In this document: positions 45,325 to 52,919 of the stretch, piece by piece | How the letters are laid out: each line of letters begins with the position of its first letter | Numbering within the stretch: position 1 is the stretch's first letter | From: Candidatus Woesearchaeota archaeon | GTDB lineage: Archaea; Nanobdellota; Nanobdellia; SCGC-AAA011-G17; GW2011-AR20 | Direction of reading: 5' to 3' | Length of the DNA: 56,306 nucleotides | Assembly (NCBI GenBank): GCA_016203115.1 | Contig: JACQNJ010000022.1 | Location: forward strand, 1-56,306 | The notes under the pieces: generated by a model | Databases searched by the model: none | Told to the model about the DNA's origin: nothing | The model's input: the letters and a program-made list of their open reading frames with translations, nothing else | Position numbers and translations under genes: made by a program

Positions 45325-46130
45325 AAGTCTATACAAACTCTGTAAACTCTTGGTGCATATTGGCCGCATTTTACCGTGTTTATGATTTTAAATTTTTTAC
45401 AATGCTCTTTTATTTTATTTATAGAAGATTTTGGAAATTCTTCTTCTTTTGAAAAATCGTAAAAGTGGATTATTCCTTTTTTATTCAAATGCTTTAAAGC
45501 TAAATCCAGAAAAGTTTCTGCATCTTTTGGCAGAGGCATAATTATCCTATCAAATTTCTTATTTATTTTTGGAAGAATTTTTTTTACGTCTCCCTTAAAT
45601 GCTTTAATTATACTTATCTTGTTTAGATTTATGTTTTCCAAGGAATATTTATGGGCTATTGGATTTATTTCTACTGCATAAATTTCCTTTGGCTTTGAAT
45701 TTTTAGCTATGACTATTGGGAATACTGAAACTCCAGAAAACATCACTAAAACTGTTTCATTAGGTTTTACTAAAGAAGAAATTCTTAATCTTTCTGTTGA
45801 CAATCTTGGAGTGAAATAAACCTTTTCTATATCTAATTTTAATTGAATATTATTCTCTTTATGAGTAGTTTCTTTTGTTTTTTTTCCTGCTATAATCCTT
45901 ATTTTTTGCAGTCTGAATTTTCCTGAAAATTTTTCTTTTTTTATTGCTACAGTTTTTATGCTTTTGTTTATTCTTAATAAAGCATCTGCTATAATCTTTT
46001 CTTCTTTTTTTAATTCCTTAGGAAATTCATTGAATAAGGCTATAGAACCAATTTGATCGAAAGATTTTGGTACCAAATTTAATTTATTTTCTGAGAGTTT
46101 ATTTTTTAAATATTCTTTTAATGAAGCCAT
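45312..46130 (-). CDS. trm5: Trm5/Taw22-type tRNA (m1G37) methyltransferase (Met-10+ like)
   Basis: FDQIGSIAL, VYFTPRLSTERLRI, VLVMFSGVSVFPI, AVEINPIA and RIIMPLP. Confidence 0.75.
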   Translation of the reverse strand: MASLKEYLKNKLSENKLNLVPKSFDQIGSIALFNEFPKELKKEEKIIADALLRINKSIKTVAIKKEKFSGKFRLQKIRIIAGKKTKETTHKENNIQLKLDIEKVYFTPRLSTERLRISSLVKPNETVLVMFSGVSVFPIVIAKNSKPKEIYAVEINPIAHKYSLENINLNKISIIKAFKGDVKKILPKINKKFDRIIMPLPKDAETFLDLALKHLNKKGIIHFYDFSKEEEFPKSSINKIKEHCKKFKIINTVKCGQYAPRVYRVCIDFQPT

Positions 46131-46181
46131 TCTCTTAATATTCCGTAAAGTTTATATATGCTTTATGGTTTAGAACTGTTA

Positions 46182-47414
46182 ATGAAAAAGAGGATTGTTA
46201 GAAGAAGTAAAAGAAGAGTTTCTTCTAGAAAACCAGTTTCTAAAACTGGAAGTTCATTGTTTGATAATTTGAGAGAGAGTATTGGGAGAAGAAGAGAGTT
46301 TGTTTTTCTTTTATTAATTTTGGTTGTTGGAATGCTTGTCTTTGACATTATCGGATATGATTATACAGGGCTGGTTATTGAAAATAATGCGATTAGTGGA
46401 GCGCAAACAGCAGGTATTCCTGATACAGCTATATCATCGATAGCAAGTACATTTCAAAGTATTTTTAAGCTACTTTTTGGTGGTTTTTTAAGCCCTATCC
46501 TTAACGCTTTTGAAAATAATGAGATTATAGCAACTAGATTAACTTTGTTTTTCATTTTATTATTTTTGATTCTTCCTATAGCAAAAGGAATATTCAAAGT
46601 TAAGGAAGGGGGCAATAAAGTTGCTGCAAATATCGTTTCTGTTTTGATCTCTTTGCTTGCTATAGGTCTTTTACCTAATGAATTTGTGAAGAGATTGTCT
46701 GTTTCAATTCCTGCTATATTGGTGATTTTGTTTATACTTGCTGTAATTTATGGAATGTTTAAGTGGAAGGCTAAAAGCAAAGGAGAGTCTGTTATTAAGG
46801 GGATAATGGCCCTAGTAGCATTACTTGTTCTTTCTTATATAATGCAGGGATTAAGTATAGGTGTATCTGAACTTAGCGGAGCTATATGGCTAGCTTCGGG
46901 TATTGCATTTGCTATTTTAGCTTTCTTGTTCTTTTATGGAGTATTCTACAAGCCGCTTATGGGCATTGGTGGAGAAACTACTTCTTTTAAGAAAAAAGCG
47001 CAAGATGTTGCAGATGTTAAGATGGATGTTAGAGGGGGGAGAGAAGTATTAGCAAAAAGCAAAGAAGAAGGTGTTGCTAGTGGAGTAAGAAGAAAAGCTC
47101 AGAAGACAATCAGAACTGCTGAAACTGAAGTTTTTAATTTTATTCAGAGATATGGAAACCAGCTTGGTGAAAATAGAAGGACAAGAGGAGTTATAGCTAG
47201 AGTTAACGAGGTCATAAGTTTATTGAGAAATGTAAATAATCCTCAAATAGTTGCAGAAGTTAATAGACTAAGCCAAGAGTTGGGAGGATTTAATCAGCTT
47301 TGTAGTGCAGTTGGTGCAGCCCCTGAAGTTGCTGAAATCAATCAGGGGATAAGCTTTTTGAATAGAATGAGACAATCCTTAAATACACTTTATCCACTAG
47401 CTCAGAATCTATAA
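46182..47414 (+). CDS. polytopic membrane protein with basic N-terminal tail and ~140-aa soluble helical C-terminus, unknown function
   Basis: Trimmed to ATG 46182, which is 27 nt from the TATA tttatatat. MKKRIVRRSKRRVSSRK is followed by ~7 hydrophobic segments. No motif recognised. Confidence 0.4.
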   Translation: MKKRIVRRSKRRVSSRKPVSKTGSSLFDNLRESIGRRREFVFLLLILVVGMLVFDIIGYDYTGLVIENNAISGAQTAGIPDTAISSIASTFQSIFKLLFGGFLSPILNAFENNEIIATRLTLFFILLFLILPIAKGIFKVKEGGNKVAANIVSVLISLLAIGLLPNEFVKRLSVSIPAILVILFILAVIYGMFKWKAKSKGESVIKGIMALVALLVLSYIMQGLSIGVSELSGAIWLASGIAFAILAFLFFYGVFYKPLMGIGGETTSFKKKAQDVADVKMDVRGGREVLAKSKEEGVASGVRRKAQKTIRTAETEVFNFIQRYGNQLGENRRTRGVIARVNEVISLLRNVNNPQIVAEVNRLSQELGGFNQLCSAVGAAPEVAEINQGISFLNRMRQSLNTLYPLAQNL

Positions 47415-47415
47415 G

Positions 47416-47688
47416 ATGTCATTCTTAAACAAAATATTCCACAGAAAAGAAGAATATGATGAGCAAGAGAGTTCTGAAACTAATTTTAATGAAGAGCATG
47501 ATATTCCTGATTTTAATTTGAACAGAGAGATGCTGGAACCTAATCCTAATTTTCAACAACCTAAAGGAAGTGATGATTTATTAATGAGCAGATTAGAGAC
47601 TATTAATGTTAAGTTGGATAATATAATTCATAGACTTGAGAAACTGGAGAGAATTGCTGAGAAAGAATCAGGTCCTGAGAGGTGGTAG
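47416..47688 (+). CDS. small acidic protein with C-terminal coiled-coil, unknown function
   Basis: 90-aa ORF starting 1 nt after the upstream stop. LMSRLETINVKLDNIIHRLEKLERIAEKE has a heptad pattern. Confidence 0.3.
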   Translation: MSFLNKIFHRKEEYDEQESSETNFNEEHDIPDFNLNREMLEPNPNFQQPKGSDDLLMSRLETINVKLDNIIHRLEKLERIAEKESGPERW

Positions 47689-47961
47689 TTTTCTTATATG
47701 ATCTCTAAATTGTTTGTTTAGAGCAGATAAAAGATTTGTTTTATTGGAATCTATCTCTCCTGTTAATGCACTTATCATTTTGTGCATTATACCTTTAATT
47801 GTTTCGTCACGACTATATATTTCCATTATTATTCTGGCTATACTTTGCAGATTTCTTGCAGCATCATCGGAAAATGCCTGTGCTTTTATAGTAACGATTG
47901 CATCTTCTATAAGATCTGCAAAATCAAATAATCTTGCTTTATATGCTTGAGGTTTGTCCAT
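47668..47961 (-). CDS. hypothetical helical protein (97 aa)
   Basis: ORF only. Starts 1 nt after the stop of the upstream minus-strand gene (47963..48568). Confidence 0.3.
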   Translation of the reverse strand: MDKPQAYKARLFDFADLIEDAIVTIKAQAFSDDAARNLQSIARIIMEIYSRDETIKGIMHKMISALTGEIDSNKTNLLSALNKQFRDHIRKLPPLRT

Positions 47962-47962
47962 C

Positions 47963-48568
47963 TTAGTCTTTTCCTATTAAATCTGCTGCGCTTGCGCCTA
48001 TGATTGCAGGCAAAGACAATACACCCACCTGTCGATACAGCTCTCCAAAAGTATTGAACTGCCCAAATAATGCTAATACTAGGATTATTGTTGTCAATGC
48101 GACAATGTAAATTACTAAAACTCTTAAGGGCAAAAATTTTAAGATTTTGATCTGCTTTACCTTCCTAAACCCTGTTGCATAAAGGAATATTGCACCTATG
48201 ACAAATGATACTAGGTACATTAAACCGATTCTTACTGGGGAAAATTCTTCTGCTATTTCCACCCCTTTGATAAATGCGAAATGAGAGATAATGCCGACAA
48301 ATGCGCCTATCACTCCTTTACTGATATCTTTTTGAGTTATTTTTCTTAATGGATGCTCGCCTATTTCTTTTCTTAGTTCTGATTCTAACTGCTCTAACTC
48401 TTCTATTTGTCTTTTTTCTAGCCTCTTGATAGCTTCTTCATCTTTTTCAATAGCAGATTCCTCCTTTAGGGATTTGCTTTCTTTTCTTAGAATCTTGTCT
48501 AATTTTTCATTAATTAAACTCAATTTAGGAATTTTTTTAGAAGATTTCTTTACACTCTTTTTTGGCAT
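47963..48568 (-). CDS. membrane protein: Lys/Glu-rich coiled-coil N-terminus plus 4 TM segments
   Basis: Composition and topology only. Confidence 0.4.
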   Translation of the reverse strand: MPKKSVKKSSKKIPKLSLINEKLDKILRKESKSLKEESAIEKDEEAIKRLEKRQIEELEQLESELRKEIGEHPLRKITQKDISKGVIGAFVGIISHFAFIKGVEIAEEFSPVRIGLMYLVSFVIGAIFLYATGFRKVKQIKILKFLPLRVLVIYIVALTTIILVLALFGQFNTFGELYRQVGVLSLPAIIGASAADLIGKD

Positions 48569-48602
48569 GATTAACTTAAAGAGAATTTATTTAAGAAAGT
48601 TT

Positions 48603-49022
48603 CTATAGGTAAGAAGAAACTAAGGGCTCTATTAAACTCCATATTTCTGGAGAGAAATAAATTAATAACACTACAATTAAAGAATGCGCCCAGGTCTCTT
48701 TAAGTCCTTTAGAAGAGCCTACTGTTGTTTTTACAACTGCTGAGGCTGAGTGAATTTTTATCAGAGTTATTAAGCCTATTGCACCTCTAAAAATCCATTG
48801 GTTATCTAAATATTTAACAGTTTGTAAAAAGATTAAATTTTCATAGACGAATTCTACATTCATGACTGCGAATGTCGCTATTATTGCCCATATTGCTGCA
48901 TGTAGGCCATGAGTTAACCAGTGGCTTCCCTGGAAATTTTCATCTTTGTGGATTAAGATTAATTCATATAATCCTATTATTGCTCCTAGAATTACTGCTG
49001 GTAAAATTATTAATTCTGCCAT
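48603..49022 (-). CDS. small integral membrane protein (4 TM)
   Basis: Composition and topology only. Confidence 0.4.
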   Translation of the reverse strand: MAELIILPAVILGAIIGLYELILIHKDENFQGSHWLTHGLHAAIWAIIATFAVMNVEFVYENLIFLQTVKYLDNQWIFRGAIGLITLIKIHSASAVVKTTVGSSKGLKETWAHSLIVVLLIYFSPEIWSLIEPLVSSYL

Positions 49023-49074
49023 AAATAAAAATTAGATTAGAGATATTTAAAGTTTGTTATTTAGATTAAAAATA

Positions 49075-50091
49075 TCAGCCCCACTTATTCAAACTTGACT
49101 GCTCCTGCACTTTTTTATAATTTAATAATTTATCAATATTATTTTCAACTCTTTCCTGATTAAATTCATGTTTATCGACAAGTATTTTCATGATTTTTTC
49201 TCTATCTGGCTTATTCCATTTTAACTGGTAATTCTTCATGATAGGCATTGATTTGAACACTGCATAAACCTGCTTCCAATCAAAATCTGCTTTTACCTCT
49301 TTAAAGAGTTTGTCAAAGCTTTTGTATTGCTTTACTAACTTTATCGCTGTTTTGGGACCTATGCCTTTAACCCCTCCAGAATTATAATCTGTACCTACCA
49401 ATATTGATACAGCTATGAGTTGATCCTGGGTGATGTCTAGAGACTTTAAAACTTCTTTTAATTCTATCACTTCTGGATGTATATTTACGTAAATACCAGA
49501 GGGCAATCTTCTTCTTGAGGATAAAGTTAAGTTTCTTATTATTCTTGGGGCATTATAGACAAAAGAATCATAATCAGAACTTCCTACATAATCTACATCT
49601 TTTTGTTCACACATAAAAGAGCATTGCGCCTCAGCCTCGCTTGGAGATTGGATTACTGGAATTCCATAAGCTTGAATTAATTCTTTTGCTTCTGAAGACA
49701 TTTCCCTTGTTAATCTTGTTGTTTGCTTTGCATATTTAAGCATTAATTCCTCATCTTCTTCCTTTTCAGCTTCTTTGAATTTTTTCTCTGCCAATTTTTT
49801 TCTTGATTCCCTTTGCTCTTGCTCATGAACTTTTAATACAGGAGGCTTACCATCAAACACAAAGCATATTTTCAGCCCTTTTTCTATTAAATTAGGAAGT
49901 CTTGTTGAAATTCCCATTAAGTGGGAGGTTATGTTGTTATTAGAATCTTTTAAAGGTGCACCATCTGACTGCCTTATTGAAGATAAAAACTGGTATAATG
50001 TTTGAGATGCATCTATTGCTATTTTCTTATTTTTTAGAGCTTCCAAAGAAATCTCCCTTTTTGGAATAATATCCCCTAGGTTAATTCCCAT
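49075..50091 (-). CDS. fen: flap endonuclease 1
   Basis: N-terminus MGINLGDII...IAIDASQTLYQFLS, internal domain SPSEAEAQC, H3TH GTDYN.GGVKGIGPKTA, and C-terminal PIP-like QSSLNKWG. Confidence 0.95.
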   Translation of the reverse strand: MGINLGDIIPKREISLEALKNKKIAIDASQTLYQFLSSIRQSDGAPLKDSNNNITSHLMGISTRLPNLIEKGLKICFVFDGKPPVLKVHEQEQRESRKKLAEKKFKEAEKEEDEELMLKYAKQTTRLTREMSSEAKELIQAYGIPVIQSPSEAEAQCSFMCEQKDVDYVGSSDYDSFVYNAPRIIRNLTLSSRRRLPSGIYVNIHPEVIELKEVLKSLDITQDQLIAVSILVGTDYNSGGVKGIGPKTAIKLVKQYKSFDKLFKEVKADFDWKQVYAVFKSMPIMKNYQLKWNKPDREKIMKILVDKHEFNQERVENNIDKLLNYKKVQEQSSLNKWG

Positions 50092-50160
50092 GAATAAAAT
50101 AGAAATTCCATTTTTAAAAATGTTTTTATATGAATTAGGATTTTAAAATTTGAAAAGAGG

Positions 50161-50805
50161 ATGATAAAAAAATTAAGTTTAGACCATAAAGGTGGATTTT
50201 ATCTTTACAGGGCTCATCAGCCCAAGGTTGACAGGCTTTGTGTAAATGGATTTGATAAATTAAAGAAGTATATAGAGGAAATGTTCTGGAGCTGCCCTAA
50301 TGAACATTTTCAAGGAGAGCATAGAAGCTCAAAATTGAAGTTTTCTTTAGGCAATTTTCAGTTAAAACAGCTTAATGGTCATGAAATGAGCATGCTTGCT
50401 TCTCTAGGTCTGCAAAACAATAAAGATGTTTTTAAGACAAATCACTCTAAAGTGCAGGTTTTTATGCTAGAGCATGATGATAATACTGTGGCCATTGAAG
50501 TTCCTGTATGGCTTCATAAGAATGAATTTAATTTTAATAAATTTATTGAGAATGAAAAGCCCCTGACAGGTCATATTGACGTTTTAAGAGTTGAAGGAAA
50601 TTATATATGGATTTGGGATTACAAGCCCAGGGCGATAGAAGAAAAATTTGCTTCTACACAAATTTATTTTTACTGTTTAATGCTGAGCAATAGAACGGGA
50701 ATCCCTTTAGAAAAGTTTAGGTGCGGGTATTTTGACGATAGAACTGCTTTTGTTTTTGATCCAAATTTTGTTAATTTAGATGTAAGAAAACTTGATGAAT
50801 TTTGA
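50161..50805 (+). CDS. PD-(D/E)XK-fold nuclease-like protein
   Basis: AIEVP...GHIDVLRVEGNYIWIWDYKP...QIYFY fits the E...D...(D/E)xK...QxxxY arrangement of RecB/Cas4-like nucleases. No Cys cluster. Confidence 0.45.
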   Translation: MIKKLSLDHKGGFYLYRAHQPKVDRLCVNGFDKLKKYIEEMFWSCPNEHFQGEHRSSKLKFSLGNFQLKQLNGHEMSMLASLGLQNNKDVFKTNHSKVQVFMLEHDDNTVAIEVPVWLHKNEFNFNKFIENEKPLTGHIDVLRVEGNYIWIWDYKPRAIEEKFASTQIYFYCLMLSNRTGIPLEKFRCGYFDDRTAFVFDPNFVNLDVRKLDEF

Positions 50806-50829
50806 ATACATGCCCTTTATTTATCTGAA

Positions 50830-51291
50830 CTAATTGGTAATTATAACCCAATCTGTGGACATTCTCTGGGCTCCTTGACAGAATTGGCTTGCCATCTCTA
50901 TATATTTTACAACTGGAAGGTAAACCGGGACTGTATAATCATACACTCTTTCAGACTTGTAAGGATTAGAATTATAAGTTCCACCGGCACAATCTACAAT
51001 TTGATAGCAACCAGCATTAGTCCCATCACCATATCTAAGTTCGACAGGGCTACCTATATTTATTCCGGGGCATGTAGTAACAACAGTTCCAGGGGCATAT
51101 TCCTTAGAGTTAACGACGGAATTTGGAACTGCAGCCCTTACATTATCATTAACTCGTACACTATCAGTATAAGTTGGAAATGTTTGAACATTCCTCCTTG
51201 AGCGAACCCCTCCAACAGCTTCCTGACAGCCTGCAATGAATAGTATGGAAACAACAAGAAAACTAAAAATTATCAAATTCCTCTTTTGCAT
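50830..51291 (-). CDS. secreted lipoprotein-like protein, paralogue of 34605..35108
   Basis: MQKRNLIIFSFLVVSILFIAGCQE. Shares the 45-nt identical promoter/5' block (51275-51319 = 35092-35136). Confidence 0.55.
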   Translation of the reverse strand: MQKRNLIIFSFLVVSILFIAGCQEAVGGVRSRRNVQTFPTYTDSVRVNDNVRAAVPNSVVNSKEYAPGTVVTTCPGINIGSPVELRYGDGTNAGCYQIVDCAGGTYNSNPYKSERVYDYTVPVYLPVVKYIEMASQFCQGAQRMSTDWVIITN

Positions 51292-51327
51292 GAAAAGTAG
51301 AAAGTAATTTGAGATATATATACCTTT

Positions 51328-51335
51328 TGGTTTTT
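51328..51335 (+). repeat. 8-bp target-site duplication TGGTTTTT (left copy)
   Basis: Identical 8-mer abuts the outer edge of both terminal inverted repeats (partner 56184-56191). Confidence 0.75.
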
Positions 51336-51349
51336 CTTAATGTCGTAAA

Positions 51350-52600
51350 TTAGGGTGTTTTCTTTAAAATCTCTTTTTTTGTCGTATTCGGGTGTTTTGC
51401 CAATTCTTCATCATAATCTAAGGCTTGGCTTAACAACCCTAACCATCTATTCTTTCCAAGAGCTAATTCTATGTTTGCTATTTGAGAAGGTGTTAATCCG
51501 TTTAAAGACATGTGCTTTTTAATGAAGTTATGATATAACTTAAATCCTTGATTTATGTCTTCCATAGTTTCTTCATTGCCAAATCCTCTTCTTACTTTGT
51601 CAAACTCTCTAAACTCTCCGTGATACCTTTCTATCAAGTTATTATTTTCTATTTTGGCTACTCCAACATTCCTAATATGCTTAGTCCTGTTAGTTCTTCT
51701 TTTATGCACATTAAACTCTTTCTTAACTGCTTTATCGTAAGTATGGCTACCATCTGTGTAAATCTCTTCTGGTAAATTAACGCTTTGCTCTTTAGCTTGT
51801 TTATACATCTTTATTGTATCCTTGATAGTTCTGGTTTTAGATAAGTGAGTGGAAAGTAAAAACCTTGTTTCTTTGTCAATAACATTATTATTCCATTTCC
51901 ATTTATCCCCCACCTTAACCATCTGCTCATCATTATGCCATCTTGAAGATGTTTCTGCTTTCTGCTCTTTTACATAGTTATTCATTAACTTAGTGTATTT
52001 TCTAATCCATCTTCTTATGGTATCAAAATGGATATTCTTGTTTTGAAACTGCTGAAAATGGTCTCTGATGTCCCTTAAGGAAAATCCCTTAAAATACAAG
52101 TCCATAGTCAAGGCTAAGGTCTTTCCATCTGCTTTGATATATTTTAACTGCTCTAAGACAAATCTCTTACTGCAATCTGCACAACTGTATCTCTGCTTAA
52201 CTCCTGATTTATTCTTTCTTATTCCATCTCTCTTGATGTTAAAACTCTCACAATGAGGACAGGCTTCTTCTTTAGTATCTATGTTATCTAAGTCCAAAGA
52301 ATTTCTTAATTTAAGCCATACCTGAATGCTTTGAATATGTTTGCATGGAACTCCTGTATTTTTTCCTATCTCTTGAAAATCTGGACAATTGCAAGTCCAT
52401 AAATCCTTGAATTTAACATTATACTTCTTTTCTGCATTGAATTGAGAAGGGACTAAAAACTCTTCTTCTGATATTATTACAGGGGTTTTCCCAGAATTAA
52501 TAAGAGCATAGGCTCTCTTTCTTCTTTCTATTTTTGCATTAGAAAGGTTTAAATTAATGCTTTCTTCTTTACTCTTGGGGTTTAATTTGTTTTGCGACAT
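51350..52600 (-). CDS. DDE transposase, IS6/IS240-like, with N-terminal SWIM-like and Zn-ribbon fingers
   Basis: CNCPDF...CKHI (SWIM-like) and CPHC...CADC. DDE contexts are WHNDEQMV, IYTDGSHTYDKA and NNLIERYHGEFREFDKVRRGF. Confidence 0.8.
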   Translation of the reverse strand: MSQNKLNPKSKEESINLNLSNAKIERRKRAYALINSGKTPVIISEEEFLVPSQFNAEKKYNVKFKDLWTCNCPDFQEIGKNTGVPCKHIQSIQVWLKLRNSLDLDNIDTKEEACPHCESFNIKRDGIRKNKSGVKQRYSCADCSKRFVLEQLKYIKADGKTLALTMDLYFKGFSLRDIRDHFQQFQNKNIHFDTIRRWIRKYTKLMNNYVKEQKAETSSRWHNDEQMVKVGDKWKWNNNVIDKETRFLLSTHLSKTRTIKDTIKMYKQAKEQSVNLPEEIYTDGSHTYDKAVKKEFNVHKRRTNRTKHIRNVGVAKIENNNLIERYHGEFREFDKVRRGFGNEETMEDINQGFKLYHNFIKKHMSLNGLTPSQIANIELALGKNRWLGLLSQALDYDEELAKHPNTTKKEILKKTP

Positions 52601-52611
52601 GTTGGACTCCT

Positions 52612-52628
52612 GCGGGATTTATTCCCGC
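52612..52628 (-). promoter_or_regulatory. GC-rich hairpin (GCGGGA-5 nt-TCCCGC) between the RHH stop and the transposase start
   Basis: 6-bp stem (5 G:C) in an AT-rich context. On the coding strand it is followed by aGGAGtccaacATG. Confidence 0.35.
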
Positions 52629-52634
52629 TAATCT

Positions 52635-52757
52635 TTATTTTATACATTTTTTAATTGCATCCAAGATAATTTCCTGAATGTCTTTTTTATCATCTATGCT
52701 TTTATGCCTTAACTTATCATGCATCTCTTCTGGTAAGTCAAGCAGAAACTTTCCCAT
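52635..52757 (-). CDS. ribbon-helix-helix (CopG/Arc-like) small protein, 40 aa (below ORF-track cutoff)
   Basis: Own translation: MGKFLLDLPEEMHDKLRHKSIDDKKDIQEIILDAIKKCIK*. Shows the beta-strand/helix/helix pattern of RHH proteins. SD-like GGGGTGA lies 6 nt upstream. Confidence 0.5.
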   Translation of the reverse strand: MGKFLLDLPEEMHDKLRHKSIDDKKDIQEIILDAIKKCIK

Positions 52758-52919
52758 CACTTATCACCCCTTATCTTATGTGTATTATTCATATAATATA
52801 GATAGTATAGCTTATATATAAAGGTTTCGGTAGGAAAATATATTGGCAGTAAAATTGCTATAATTCAGTAGTAATGAAAAACAGTAAAGTTGATAAATAG
52901 AAAGGTTTTGTTATTTTGC

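Noticed and set aside
52601-52890. A conventional short IS (transposase plus close-in right inverted repeat)
   Set aside because: No sequence resembling TTTACGACA(T/C)TAAG or CACCCGAATACGACA occurs between the transposase start and the R-M gene. The matching repeats and the 8-bp duplication lie at 56136-56191 instead.
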